57,005 nt of DNA, from positions 1 to 57,005 of the forward strand of contig NIVC01000602.1 in NCBI GenBank assembly GCA_002269645.1, given 5' to 3'. Each line of letters opens with the position of its first letter. The first letter of the stretch is position 1. Positions 36,501 to 47,036 of the stretch are shown piece after piece. Below the pieces are notes generated by a model that was not told the origin of the DNA, did not search any database, and was given only the letters and a program-made list of their open reading frames with translations. The position numbers and the translations under genes are program-made. The stretch is from Macrostomum lignano. Taxonomy: Eukaryota.

Positions 36501-38571
36501 AGATGATAAATCGGTAGCTTTTGTGGCAGATGATAGATCGGTAGCTTTTGTGATAGATGATAGATCGGTGGCTTTTGTGGCAGATGATAGATCGGTAGCT
36601 TTTGTGGCAGATGATAGATCGGTAGCTTTTGTTGCAGATGATAGATCGGTAGCTTTTGTGGCAGATGATAGATCGGTAGCTTTTGTTGCAGATGATAGAT
36701 CGGTAGCTTTTGTTGCAGATGATAGATCGGTAGCTTTTGTGGCAGATGATAGATCGGTAGCTTTTGTGATAGATGATAGATCGGTAGCTTTTGTGGCAGA
36801 TGATAGATCGGTAGCTTTTGTGGCAGATGATAGATCGGTAGCTTTTGTGGCAGATGATAGATCGGTAGCTTTTGTGGCAGATGATAGATCGGTAGCTTTT
36901 GTTGCAGATGATAGATCGGTAGCTTTTGTGGCAGATGATAAATCGGTAGCTTTTGTGGCAGATGATAGATCGGTAGCTTTTGTGATAGATGATAGATCGG
37001 TGGCTTTTGTGGCAGATGATAGATCGGTGGCTTTTGTGGCAGATGATAGATCGGTAGCTTTTGTGGCAGATGATAGATCGGTAGCTTTTGTTGCAGATGA
37101 TAGATCGGTAGCTTTTGTGGCAGATGATAGATCGGTAGCTTTTGTGATAGATGATAGATCGGTGGCTTTTGTGGCAGATGATAGATCGGTAGCTTTTGTG
37201 GTAGATAATAGATAGGTAGCTTTTGTGGCAGATGATAGATCGGTAGCTTTTGTGGTAGATAATAGATAGGTAGCTTTTGTGGTAGATGATAGATCGGTGG
37301 CTTTTGTGGCAGATGATAGATAGGTAGCTTTTGTGGTAGATGATAGATCGGTAGCTTTTGTGGCAGATGATAGATCGGTAGCTTTTGTGGCAGATGATAG
37401 ATCGGTAGCTTTTGTGGTAGATGATAGATCGGTAGCTTTTGTGGCAGATTGCCGGTAGCTTTTGTGGTCGATAGATGAGGGTAAGAATAAATAAACAACA
37501 GTCAGGTTTTTGTTTTTAGATGGTAGTTTTGCAGCAATTTGCAGTTCACACTACATGTCTTGCACATGCCCCTCGAATCCTCTCACAAGGCTGGCAGCGC
37601 CTCAGACACCGACTGTCGATTCTGCTGTGCCGCCTGCCTGCGAGTCCTGCCGAAACCGCCGAATGCCACCGCCACTGCCGCCTCCTCCTCGGTGGGTCTC
37701 TGCCCCACCTGCAGCGGTCGGCGACAGTCCCGAGCTTCAGGCGCCATCGGTCTGCCACCGGCCGCGGCGGCGAAAGCAGCAGCATCAGCTGATGCGCCTG
37801 CGGCAGCGGAGCCCGCCACTGCGACGGAAGAAAGCTCTGCTTCAGCAATAGGTATTGAAATAGCTTTGCTCTGATTAGCTAAAAACTTAATGAATTATTT
37901 TTGACCGGTTAAGGGGTGTTTTGTCAACATCTGATTGGCTGCTGAGCTTTCCACGTGTGTCTAATTGGCTGAATAGTGTTTTGCTAATCTTTGATTGGCT
38001 GAAGAGTGTTTTGCTAATCTTTGATTGGCTGAAGAGTGTTTTGCTAATCTCCGATTGGCTGAAGAGTGTTTTGCTGATTTCTGATTGGTTGGTGAATGTT
38101 TTGCTGGTTTCTGATTAGCAGGTGAGTGTTTTTCTGATTTCTGATTGGTTGGTGAATGTTTTGCTGGTTTCTGATTGGCAGGTGAGTGTTTTTCTGATTT
38201 CTGATTGGCTGGTACGCGTTTTTCTGATTTCTGATTGGCTGATGAATGTTTTGCTGATTTCTGATTGGCTGATGAATGTTTTGCTGATTTCTGATTGTCT
38301 AGTGAATACTTTTCTGATTTTTGATTGGCTGCTGAGTGTTTTAATATTAAAAATATGCAATTTTTTACCAGACGCGGCCAGCGCATCCCCATCGGACAGC
38401 GTTGCTGCAGCCGAGATGGAGAACAAATCCTTGATGCAGGAGGCTGAGCGGTGGGAACGGAGTCTGCTCAACCAGGAGCAGACGCGCCAGTTGCTGGTGG
38501 AGAAAAATTGCCGAGCAGAGAAGAAACTCGAAGGACTTTTGGCCCAGTTTAGCAAAGTAAACGGGATGTGA
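27474..38571 (+). CDS. PHF21: PHF21A/B (BHC80)-like chromatin protein with a degenerate PHD-like Cys cluster and C-terminal coiled coil; 7 exons, ~444-459 aa
   Basis: join(27474-27542, 28958-29056, 29923-30213, 32542-32593, 33769-34130, 37590 [or 37545]-37851, 38372-38571). All junctions are GT-AG with consistent phases (0,0,0,1,0,1). The N-terminus LRNWQDQLNAAIRAHRNLVGRTSLSPHDQSLQAKVQSAEKLIVRIYQAQKPLLEQYKK aligns without gaps to the PHF21A N-terminal coil as I recall it (L..LQ..L...I..H..LV......P....L..........I......QK...EQ..K). The motif FLALFDLVT...IVESKAPHRKRR matches PHF21 FM..LGLVT...IQSK..ERKRR. Homology is from memory and was not searched. Confidence 0.7.
27890..28890. repeat. 33-41-bp variable minisatellite in PHF21-like intron 1
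   Basis: Core ccaaa(a)tggcgccccaatctcca(ttctcca)cacctgagatt; ~27 copies. Confidence 0.95.
28958..29056 (+). CDS. PHF21-like exon 2
   Basis: Acceptor atgcag|AAC; donor CAG|GTGAGG; 99 nt. Confidence 0.8.
29440..29872. repeat. 12-bp repeat in PHF21-like intron 2
   Basis: Units ctactcttcact / ctactctccact, with degenerate copies upstream. Confidence 0.9.
29923..30213 (+). CDS. PHF21-like exon 3
   Basis: Acceptor ttccgcag|AAG; donor AGG|GTGAGT; 291 nt open. Confidence 0.7.
30238..32362. repeat. 23-bp satellite (~90 copies) in PHF21-like intron 3
   Basis: Unit ctaccggattttctactccaaaa. Variant blocks recur, indicating higher-order duplication. Confidence 0.97.
32542..32593 (+). CDS. PHF21-like exon 4 (52 nt)
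   Basis: Acceptor ttgcag|AAG ATG; donor G|GTGAGT. It supplies the phase change needed to join exons 3 and 5 and encodes KMNFLALFDLVTPKLSN. Confidence 0.8.
32730..33745. repeat. 20-bp satellite (~50 copies) in PHF21-like intron 4
   Basis: Unit ggagacaagagagacacaca. Confidence 0.97.
33769..34130 (+). CDS. PHF21-like exon 5
   Basis: Acceptor cccag|AC ATC GTG; donor GAG|GTGGGT; encodes RKRR and an Ala/Thr tract. Confidence 0.75.
34149..34925. repeat. 22/23-bp satellite, 5' part of PHF21-like intron 5
   Basis: Unit gtagcttttgcggcagactgtcg (23 bp) and gtagcttttgcggcagcttgtcg-type variants. Confidence 0.97.
34926..37468. repeat. 27-bp satellite (~94 copies), 3' part of PHF21-like intron 5
   Basis: Unit gtagcttttgtggcagatgatagatcg. 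It produces the spurious VAFVADDRS and QKLPIYHLP ORFs. Confidence 0.97.
37590..37851 (+). CDS. PHF21-like exon 6 (Cys cluster)
   Basis: GC3-rich frame DTDCRFCCAACLRVLPKPP..GLCPTC; donor G|GTATTG. The acceptor is either cacaag|37590 or tttgcag|37545, both in frame. Confidence 0.65.
37928..38340. repeat. 30-bp minisatellite (14 units) in PHF21-like intron 6, carrying CCAAT boxes
   Basis: Unit tttgctgatttctgattggctgatgaatgt; ATTGG at 37934, 37964, 37994 ... 38324 in exact 30-bp phase. Confidence 0.9.
38372..38571 (+). CDS. PHF21-like exon 7 (coiled coil, stop)
   Basis: Acceptor ttttttaccag|AC GCG; encodes ..LVEKNCRAEKKLEGLLAQFSKVNGM*. Confidence 0.8.
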
Positions 38572-38635
38572 CGTCAGGGACAAACGGATCGAGTTATACT
38601 TTTGATCGGGCCGTCTTTCAGCACAACTTGTTTGA

Positions 38636-39665
38636 TTACCCAACCTGCCCCAACCTGCCCCAAACCTGCCCCAACCTGCCCCAAACCTGCCCAAACCTGC
38701 CCCAACCTGCCCCAAACCTGCCCCAACCTGCCCCAATCTGCCCCCCCCAATTTACCCCAACCTGCCCCAACCTGCCCCAACCTGCCCCAAACCTGCCCCA
38801 ACCTGCCCCAATCTGCCCCAATCTGCCCCAACCTGCCCCAATCTGTCCCAATTTACCCCAACCTGCCCCAACCTGCCCCAAACCTGCCCCAACCTGCCCC
38901 AAACCTGCCCCAACCTGCCCCAATCTGCCCCAATCTGCCCCAACCTGCCCCAATCTGTCCCAATCTGCCCCAACCTGCCCCAATCTGCCCCAATTTACCC
39001 CAACCTGCCCCAACCTGCCCCAACCTGCCCCAAACCTGCCCCAACCTGCCCCAAACCTGCCCCAACCTGCCCCAATCTGCCCCAATCTGCCCCAACCTGC
39101 CCCAATCTGTCCCAACCTGCCCCAACCTGCCCCAAACCTGCCCCAACCTGCCCCAACCTGCCCCAAACCTGCCCCAACCTGCCCCAATCTGTCCCAACCT
39201 GCCCCAACCTGCCCCAAACCTGCCCCAACCTGCCCCAACCTGCCCCAAACCTGCCCCAACCTGCCCCAACCTGCCCCAAACCTGCCCCAACCTGCCCCAA
39301 ACCTGCCCCAAACCTGCCCCAACCTGCCCCAACCTGCCCTAATCTGCCCCAACCTGCCCCAACCTGCCCCAAACCTGCCCCAACCTGCCCCAAACCTGCC
39401 CCAACCTGCCCCAAACCTGCCCCAACCTGCCCCAAACCTGCCCCAACCTGCCCCAACCTGCCCTAATCTGCCCCAACCTACCCTAACCTGCCCCAACCTG
39501 CCCTAATCTGCCCCAACCTACCCCAACCTGCCCCAACCTGCCCCAACCTGCCCTAATCTGCCCCAACCTACCCCAACCTGCCCCAACCTGCCCTAATCTG
39601 CCCCAACCTACCCCAATCTGCCCAAATCTGCCCCCCCAACCTGCCCCAATCTGACCCAACTGACC
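38636..39665. repeat. 10/11-bp C-rich satellite (~95 copies) just downstream of the PHF21-like stop
   Basis: Units ccccaacctg / ccccaaacctg / ccccaatctg. Confidence 0.97.
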
Positions 39666-39856
39666 CAGGCCAGATTAAAGGCTCGGGTGCTTCTCCGGGC
39701 GCACTCAAGAGACTGTATCGTCAGTACAGACCTTCGGTTTGGCGTTGTTTTCTAAAAGTACTTAAACAAGTAATTAAAGTTACACCAAAATTTTCTTCTT
39801 ATCCTTAAACCGCTGTTTAATATTTCTTCGCTACTATGTGCAGAAATAATCCAGTA

Positions 39857-39862
39857 AATAAA
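39857..39862 (+). terminator. Candidate polyadenylation signal AATAAA for the PHF21-like gene
   Basis: First AATAAA I found after the stop, in an AT-rich stretch; position-based inference only. Confidence 0.3.
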
Positions 39863-39984
39863 AATCTGCGCTTAAAATAACATTATTTATTTCAAATTTA
39901 TGATTGTTCATCAAATGCGTTGGTTGCTGGTATGTGTACTTTTGACTTGTTAGTAGTCCTTGGCATGAGGAAAATGCTTTTAGT

Positions 39985-40500
39985 GCCATACTGGGGTGCT
40001 TGGGGCGCCACTCTGGGTGTTTGGGGCGCCAGTCTGGGTTTTTGGGGCGCCAGTCTGCGTGTTTCGGGGGCCACTCTGGGTGTTTGGGGCGCCAGTCTGG
40101 GTTTTTGGGGCGCCAGTCTTCGTGTTTGGGGGGCCAATCTGGGTGTTTGGGGCGCCAGTCTGGGTTTTGGGGGCGCCAATCTGGGTGTTTGGGGCGCTAA
40201 TCTGGGTATTTGGGGCGCTAATCTGGGTATTTGGGGCGCCAATATGGATGTTTGGGGAGCCAATATGGGTGTTTGGGGCGCTAATCTGGGTGTTTGGGGC
40301 GCCAATATGGATGTTTGGGGAGCCAATATGGGTGTTTGGGGCGCTAATCTGGGTGTTTGGGGCGCTAATCTGGGTGTTTGGGGCGCTAATCTGGGTATTT
40401 GGGGCGCTAATCTGGGTATTTGGGGCGCCAATATGGATCTTTGGGGAGCCAATCTGGGTATTTGAGGCGCCAGTCTGGGTGCTTACGGCACCACTCTGTG
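39985..40500. repeat. 21-bp minisatellite (~24 copies)
   Basis: Unit ctgggtgtttggggcgccaat and variants. Confidence 0.95.
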
Positions 40501-42743
40501 TTTGGGGCGGCCACTGGGTTGCAGAGGCGCCACCAGCAACCTCTTACGACTTCCATATACTAAAAATGGTCTGTCGGTAGGTATCTAAGGTATGTGATAG
40601 ATATTAGCAAGATACATGTACTAACTTGGATTTCGGCCGTAACGAGAACGAGGCAAGAAGGCCACAGCCACGGAAGCTGATTCGCGAGAGAAAACTCACG
40701 AGATATTATTTCACAGTTGGCTTAATCTTTCAAACAAAATGCATCATTAGTAGTACTTTCTAAGAAAAGTGGGAATAACTCGCAACATTCCAGGGAAATC
40801 GGATGGGGAAGAAGGCAGGCAAATCCGAGCAACTTGTTGCATTGCGCTGTTTTCAATTTTTTTAAGCCTTGGGTAAAGCAACTGAACAATGCGCACTAGA
40901 GATAGAGAATTAACTGGCAACTTTCCCATTCAGTTCGAACACACTAAAGTGTCTTATAATTGGGTCGCACCCTCTGTAGAGAGCGCCAATCGCACCAAGA
41001 GGAGAAAAATAAGATTTGCTTGGCAGTTTCCTAGAATGCTGTCTTTATAGTCGATCATCGCGAAAATCGGATGACTTTTTTATTTTTTTTCACGAGAATT
41101 AAGATATCCCAACCAGGGATTCCTGTGACATTAGGTAAGAGCCGCGCAAGTTAAAGTTATTTAAGTCTCTATCCCTCATTTCTGCTTGTCTTCTTTGTCG
41201 GGGCTTTGGGAAGTGCTGGGAAAGGAGAGGTCCGCGGAGAGCCGCGCACCTCCCCCTCTCGATCTGGACTCCTCCTCCTCCGCAACCCGGAGACACACGA
41301 GCGCGATAGTCTCCCAGTAAGTAGTCAGGCTAGTATGTCTCCTCCAACCCGGACCCGCCCCATTCCCCAGGGCCACGCAGATCGCAAACGGAGGCCACAA
41401 GATGCGAATTGGGGCGGAGGTGGGTGACGCTTAGGGAGAGAAAGGGACAGGCAGGCAGTTGGGCTGGAGAGAAAGGGGGAACGGTTTGGAATCTAGAGAG
41501 AGAGAAGGGGCTGCTTTGCTCTCTAGTTCAAGGGTTGGAGGGGGGGAAAGACATAGGAAAGGAAGGGGGTTTCATGTTGATAGATCTGCAGATCGGTACA
41601 ACCAGTGCTGACTTTCTTGTGCCTGGCCAGAAACGTTCAATGGCTAGTGGAGGGGGAGGTTTGCCTCGTTCTGTTTCCGTCTCCCTCCCTTAGCACAGGC
41701 GTCCCAGCACCTGCCCCCATCCCAGCCAATGGAATAAGGGCCCACTTCGCTCTGATTTGTCCACGAGTCGTGCCGTGGGGCCGTGAAGGCATTTTTGAGT
41801 GAAAGAAAATGGCCTAATACATTACACGGGCGCCATACACGAGAGCTTGCTGGAGAGTTAATGCTAGAAACTCAGCGAGTGAGTAGCTCTTCCCCCCACT
41901 CTCTCACCCCACTCTATTAATAAGTTCTTCCCTCCTGCTCTTTACAAAGTGAGACCAAGCACGGAACGCCTCCCCTCCCCATTTCCTTATCGGTTGGGTG
42001 TGGAGCGGCCAAGTTTGTGGATATGTACATTTCCCTATTGGAAAGGGGGGTTGTGGGCAAGCGAGGGGTAGGCCGTGCATATATAGGCAGGAATGCTATT
42101 TACAAGCCTCAAATCTCTCCTGCGCGGAGTGGGAGGGGTGCTGTCGCTGTGGGGTTGATGATGGTAAAATGGCTGCCATCGCGCCGCCCCACCCCACCTC
42201 CCTTTCAGGGGGGCAGAGGTTGAACAGGAGGGTAGGAGGCCACGCGGTGGTCGCCAGTTTAGAGGTGGCAAAAGGAAAGGAAGGCCCCACAGTCACCCTC
42301 CTGTTCAACCTCCCCTGCCCTGCCCATGCGAATGGCATGGCCATTTTGTTCTAGAACTTCATAGCAAATTGAGTTTGCAATCCCGCATCTCGCTACTGTT
42401 TAGTAGGTCTGTATCGCAGCGTGTTTTACGGAAATTTACTATAGCGATGGAAAATTAATTGTAATTTGTATAGTGAATCGATGATATGTCACTTTGAAAT
42501 AAACCAGACTTTTTACTATTCGCAATGAAAATTTAGGCAGCGCGAGTTTCACAATTCTCAAGTACATGGATGTACATGTAATATATACACTGTCAGTAAA
42601 TCTCTAGGCTCCACAACGACTCTAAGATCACCCAGGTCATAACATCGAGTGAGCGAACTTTAACCAAGCTAATTTATATGTAATATTACGAAATTATCAT
42701 TTACGTAAAACGAGAAAGCATAGCAATCAGTTTATAATCAGAT

Positions 42744-43370
42744 AATTCATATCTCCGACACTTCATATCTCCGACACTTCATATCTCCGACACTTCACAT
42801 CTCCGACACTTCACATCTCCGACAATTCATATCTCCGACACTTCATAGCTCCGCTGACACTTCATATCTCCGACAATTCATATCTCCGACACTTCACATC
42901 TTTGACACTTCACATCTCCGACACTTCATATCTCCGACAATTCATATCTCCGACACTTCATATCTCCGACAATTCATATCTCCGACACTTCATATCTCCG
43001 ACACTTCATATCTCCGACACTTCATATCTCCGACACTTCATATCTCCGACACTTCATATCTCCGACACTTCACTTCTCCGACAATTCATATCTCCGACAC
43101 TTCATAATTCCGACACTTCATAATTCCGACACTTCACTTCTCCGACACTTCATATCTCCGACACTTCACATCTCCGACAATTCATATCTCCGACACTTCA
43201 TATCTCCGACACTTCACTTCTCCGACAATTCATATCTCCGACACCTCATATCTCCAACACTTCAGTTTAGCAGCCTCTTTCATAGCTCCGAAACTCCCAT
43301 GTCTCCGTTAGGGTTAGGTTTAGGGATAGGGTTAAGCTTGTTGGAGATATGAAGTGTCCGAGATATGATT
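42744..43370. mobile_element. MITE-like element: ~28-bp inverted termini, left terminus expanded into a 16-bp satellite (~32 copies), internal telomere-like TTAGGG tract
   Basis: The left end aattcatatctccgacacttcatatctcc matches the reverse complement of 43343-43370 (aatcatatctcggacacttcatatctcc). The unit ttcatatctccgacac runs 42746-43263, and ttagggttaggtttagggatagggtta lies at 43308-43334. Confidence 0.65.
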
Positions 43371-45950
43371 TCGGCGGGAAAATTTAAATCCAATTTCGAG
43401 CCTAAAACATAAAGAATTCTATGGAGAAGTTCGTATTAGCTGGGATTGAAATAATTTTCAAGCTTCATCAAAGAGTCAGAGAATGCGGGCGAGCCCCGTA
43501 CACAGTGAAATTTGTATCACATTTGAACACCCCAGTGAACCTCGGGACTCGAGTCTCGGGGCACTAAATTAGAAACAGGAGAAGGAGATAATGCCACCGC
43601 CGCATCGCTGAGCAACTACTTTTCTTTGAGACCTATCGATGAGTTCGAATAATTTTTTTCGGGAAGCTAGAACCGCGACTCTCCGACTTTGCTGACCGAA
43701 GCGAAAGTCAATTCGAGTTGTGGCCGGAGCGAGATAAGGTTGCAGTGGAATGGAAATTCCCCGCCTGCTATCTCCCAGCCCGCCCTTGTGACTCGCTCAG
43801 TTTGCAGTTTGCGGCTTACAATGGTCTGCTGCTTGGCTGACCTGATTTATCCTAATCGCTGAGCCTTGGGCCTGGGGCAGAGGGATTCTGCTGGCTATGA
43901 GCTAGTAAATCGCTTAACTTTTATCAACATCTCCTCCTAAGAGGAGCTCTCAGAGAGGGAGAGGAACCCTCAGACTTTGGTTTGCCGCTTCTGATCCTCA
44001 CACATGAGTCCCCCCCCCCCGATCGGAACTTTTGAGCAGGTGGCTGACTGCGGGTCGCGCGGCACACTTAACTCTTGTCACCCCTCCTCTCTCTCTCTCA
44101 GCTAAGTATATTTTTGATACCTAATAGATGGGCGCCATTGATAGGCCCGCCTGCTGGTATGCAAATTGAAACGGGTGAGTTTTTCACGGGTGAGAACAGC
44201 GCCCGACACCCAGCGGCCTTATCACGGGCTTGAGCTCCGTTATCGCCCCCGACCCCGCCGAACCTGTTAAATGGATATTTATCTCCCTACTCGCGTGAAG
44301 TGACTCAGAATTGAAAGCTCCCTCCCTCTTTTTTAAATCATTGCTTGTCCCAGCGAATTAAGAATTGGGCGGGTGCCCATGGGACGCCTGCAGACAGTTG
44401 CAACCTCTTCAAAGCATCCCTTTCCCAGTCTGCCCCTGTCTGCTGCTTTTTTGCCGGGCCCGCCCCCTCCCAATCCGAGTTTTTTAATCAAAACTTTTCT
44501 CACAGCTGAGCCGGCCGAGGACAAAGCACATGCGCGCCCCATCGAATATTGAATCGCCCAGCCGCCCGCCTGATTGGAGTTAACGGCCTCCCTCTGCCAG
44601 TTGTTTATCCATTGGAATTCTGTTTGCAAAGATTAATTTTATTCCCCGGGATTCCAGCCCCCAGCGCCTTGCCGCTCCCAGCCGTGACAGGAATGTCTCA
44701 CGGGTCGGTGACCCCAGTGGGGAGTGTCTCTTCAATCCGTCCGTCGCACGTCCGTAATAAGCTGAAGAAAGAAAAGTTAAAAGAGGAAGGGTTGCCCGAA
44801 GCGACTCGCCTGTCACGGCGGAGTCTCAGCTCGTATTTCCGAGCGGAACGCTGACGCAACCAAGCGCTCATCGCGAGCTCAAACTCAATGCTTGTCAGCT
44901 GAAGGATAATTGAAGAATCAATTCAACGCAAGAGAAGCCCCGCGAGGATGCTAAATAATCTTCAAAAGGGTGTTTATGTTTACGCCAACCTCAATCTGTC
45001 TATGGATATTGAGCTTAACTGGAACTGTCACGTCTCAAAACTATTTGGTAATGCAGCCTTTTCCATTCAATATTTTGATTTCTTCATGCCCTAAGATTGA
45101 CGGACGGATGACCCCAGGACCAACTCTACTCAACGAGAGACTGCATGATGCATCTCCTCAGCTCCTGGTTCGCATGTTTCCACTTCCAGCAGAGCTCTGA
45201 GCAGCTGTTCCCAAGTCCAGATCTCAGAACCCCCGCCTGCAGGTTTGCTGAACATTATTCACAGCCTTTCCTGCCATCGAAGCCAAAAAAATCAGAACGG
45301 ATCGCCCGGTGGCGTGACTGCTCAGGGCAGCGCCATTTTCTTGGTTTGACTCGGGGATGCTCGGGGACCAGCGGAACCCCTGCTCAACAGGAAGCTCAAC
45401 GTCATGCCAGCTGATTCTGAGTAAAGCGCGCCCTACCTGAGCTCACATCCATTAGCTGAGGTGCACAGATCAGATCTGCATATTTTTAGCAAAGCTCCCT
45501 ATCTGCTCACAAATTTCTTAGAATTGTTGACTCGAAAGCACCTGACACAAATTTATTTCATTCAGCAACACTCGTACAGCTTATAGCATTCGATTAAGCA
45601 AAGTTTGCGGCAGCAGCTCGGAGCCTGACCCCTCAGATACCATCTGTTTGCTCATATCAGCTTCCACTTTGCTGCCCCCATCTGGAGAGCCCGGTAGGCT
45701 GCGTAAACACGCTGTCCGATACTCAGACCCCTTCTCCTTCGGGACCAACAGCTCCCGCCGATGCCAAGGGGGTCTGGGATCACCTTTTTTCACAGCTTTT
45801 TTGTCGAAATCAGCATCCCAGCGGGGTGTTAAATATAGACAGATGGCACCTCAACTCTGGTGGAAACTTGGACAGCTAAGTGACGCATGTTGATATGTTG
45901 ATACCCGCCAAACAGGATAGGCAATATTTTGAAATCGATTCAATAGACAA

Positions 45951-46830
<880 letters not shown>

Positions 46831-46857
46831 AAAGGCAGGCAGAGCCGGTGCAGTGCA

Positions 46858-47036
46858 GGTCGGAGCCAGAGGAGGTCGGAGCCAGAGGAGGTCGGAGCCA
46901 GAGGAGACCGCAGCCAGAGGAGACCGCAGCCAGAGGAGACCGCAGCCAGAGGAGACCGCAGCCAGAGGAGACCGCAGCCAGAGGAGACCGCAGCCAGAGG
47001 AGACCGCAGCCAGAGGAGACCGCAGCCAGAGGAGAC
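46858..47036. repeat. 16-bp minisatellite (~11 copies)
   Basis: Unit ggagaccgcagccaga. Confidence 0.95.

Noticed and set aside
32585-37498. 1637-aa ORF on the minus strand, plus the overlapping 563-aa (VAFVADDRS)n and 330-380-aa ORFs
   Set aside because: These are translations of 20-, 23- and 27-bp satellites that lack stops in some frames. They overlap a real, phase-consistent gene on the plus strand.
38568-40580. Pro-rich (PNLPQ) and Gly-rich (WGA) ORFs suggesting structural proteins
   Set aside because: All frames are open because of 10/11- and 21-bp DNA repeats; there is no codon-level conservation or splice context.
43308-43334. True telomere or chromosome-fusion scar
   Set aside because: Only 4-5 degenerate units, no head-to-head inversion of the tract, and it is embedded between inverted termini, so it is better explained as part of a small element.
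44118-44140. CTCF-like motif (cctaatagatgggcgcc)
   Set aside because: Only a partial match with wrong spacing, a single instance, and CTCF presence in this organism is unknown.
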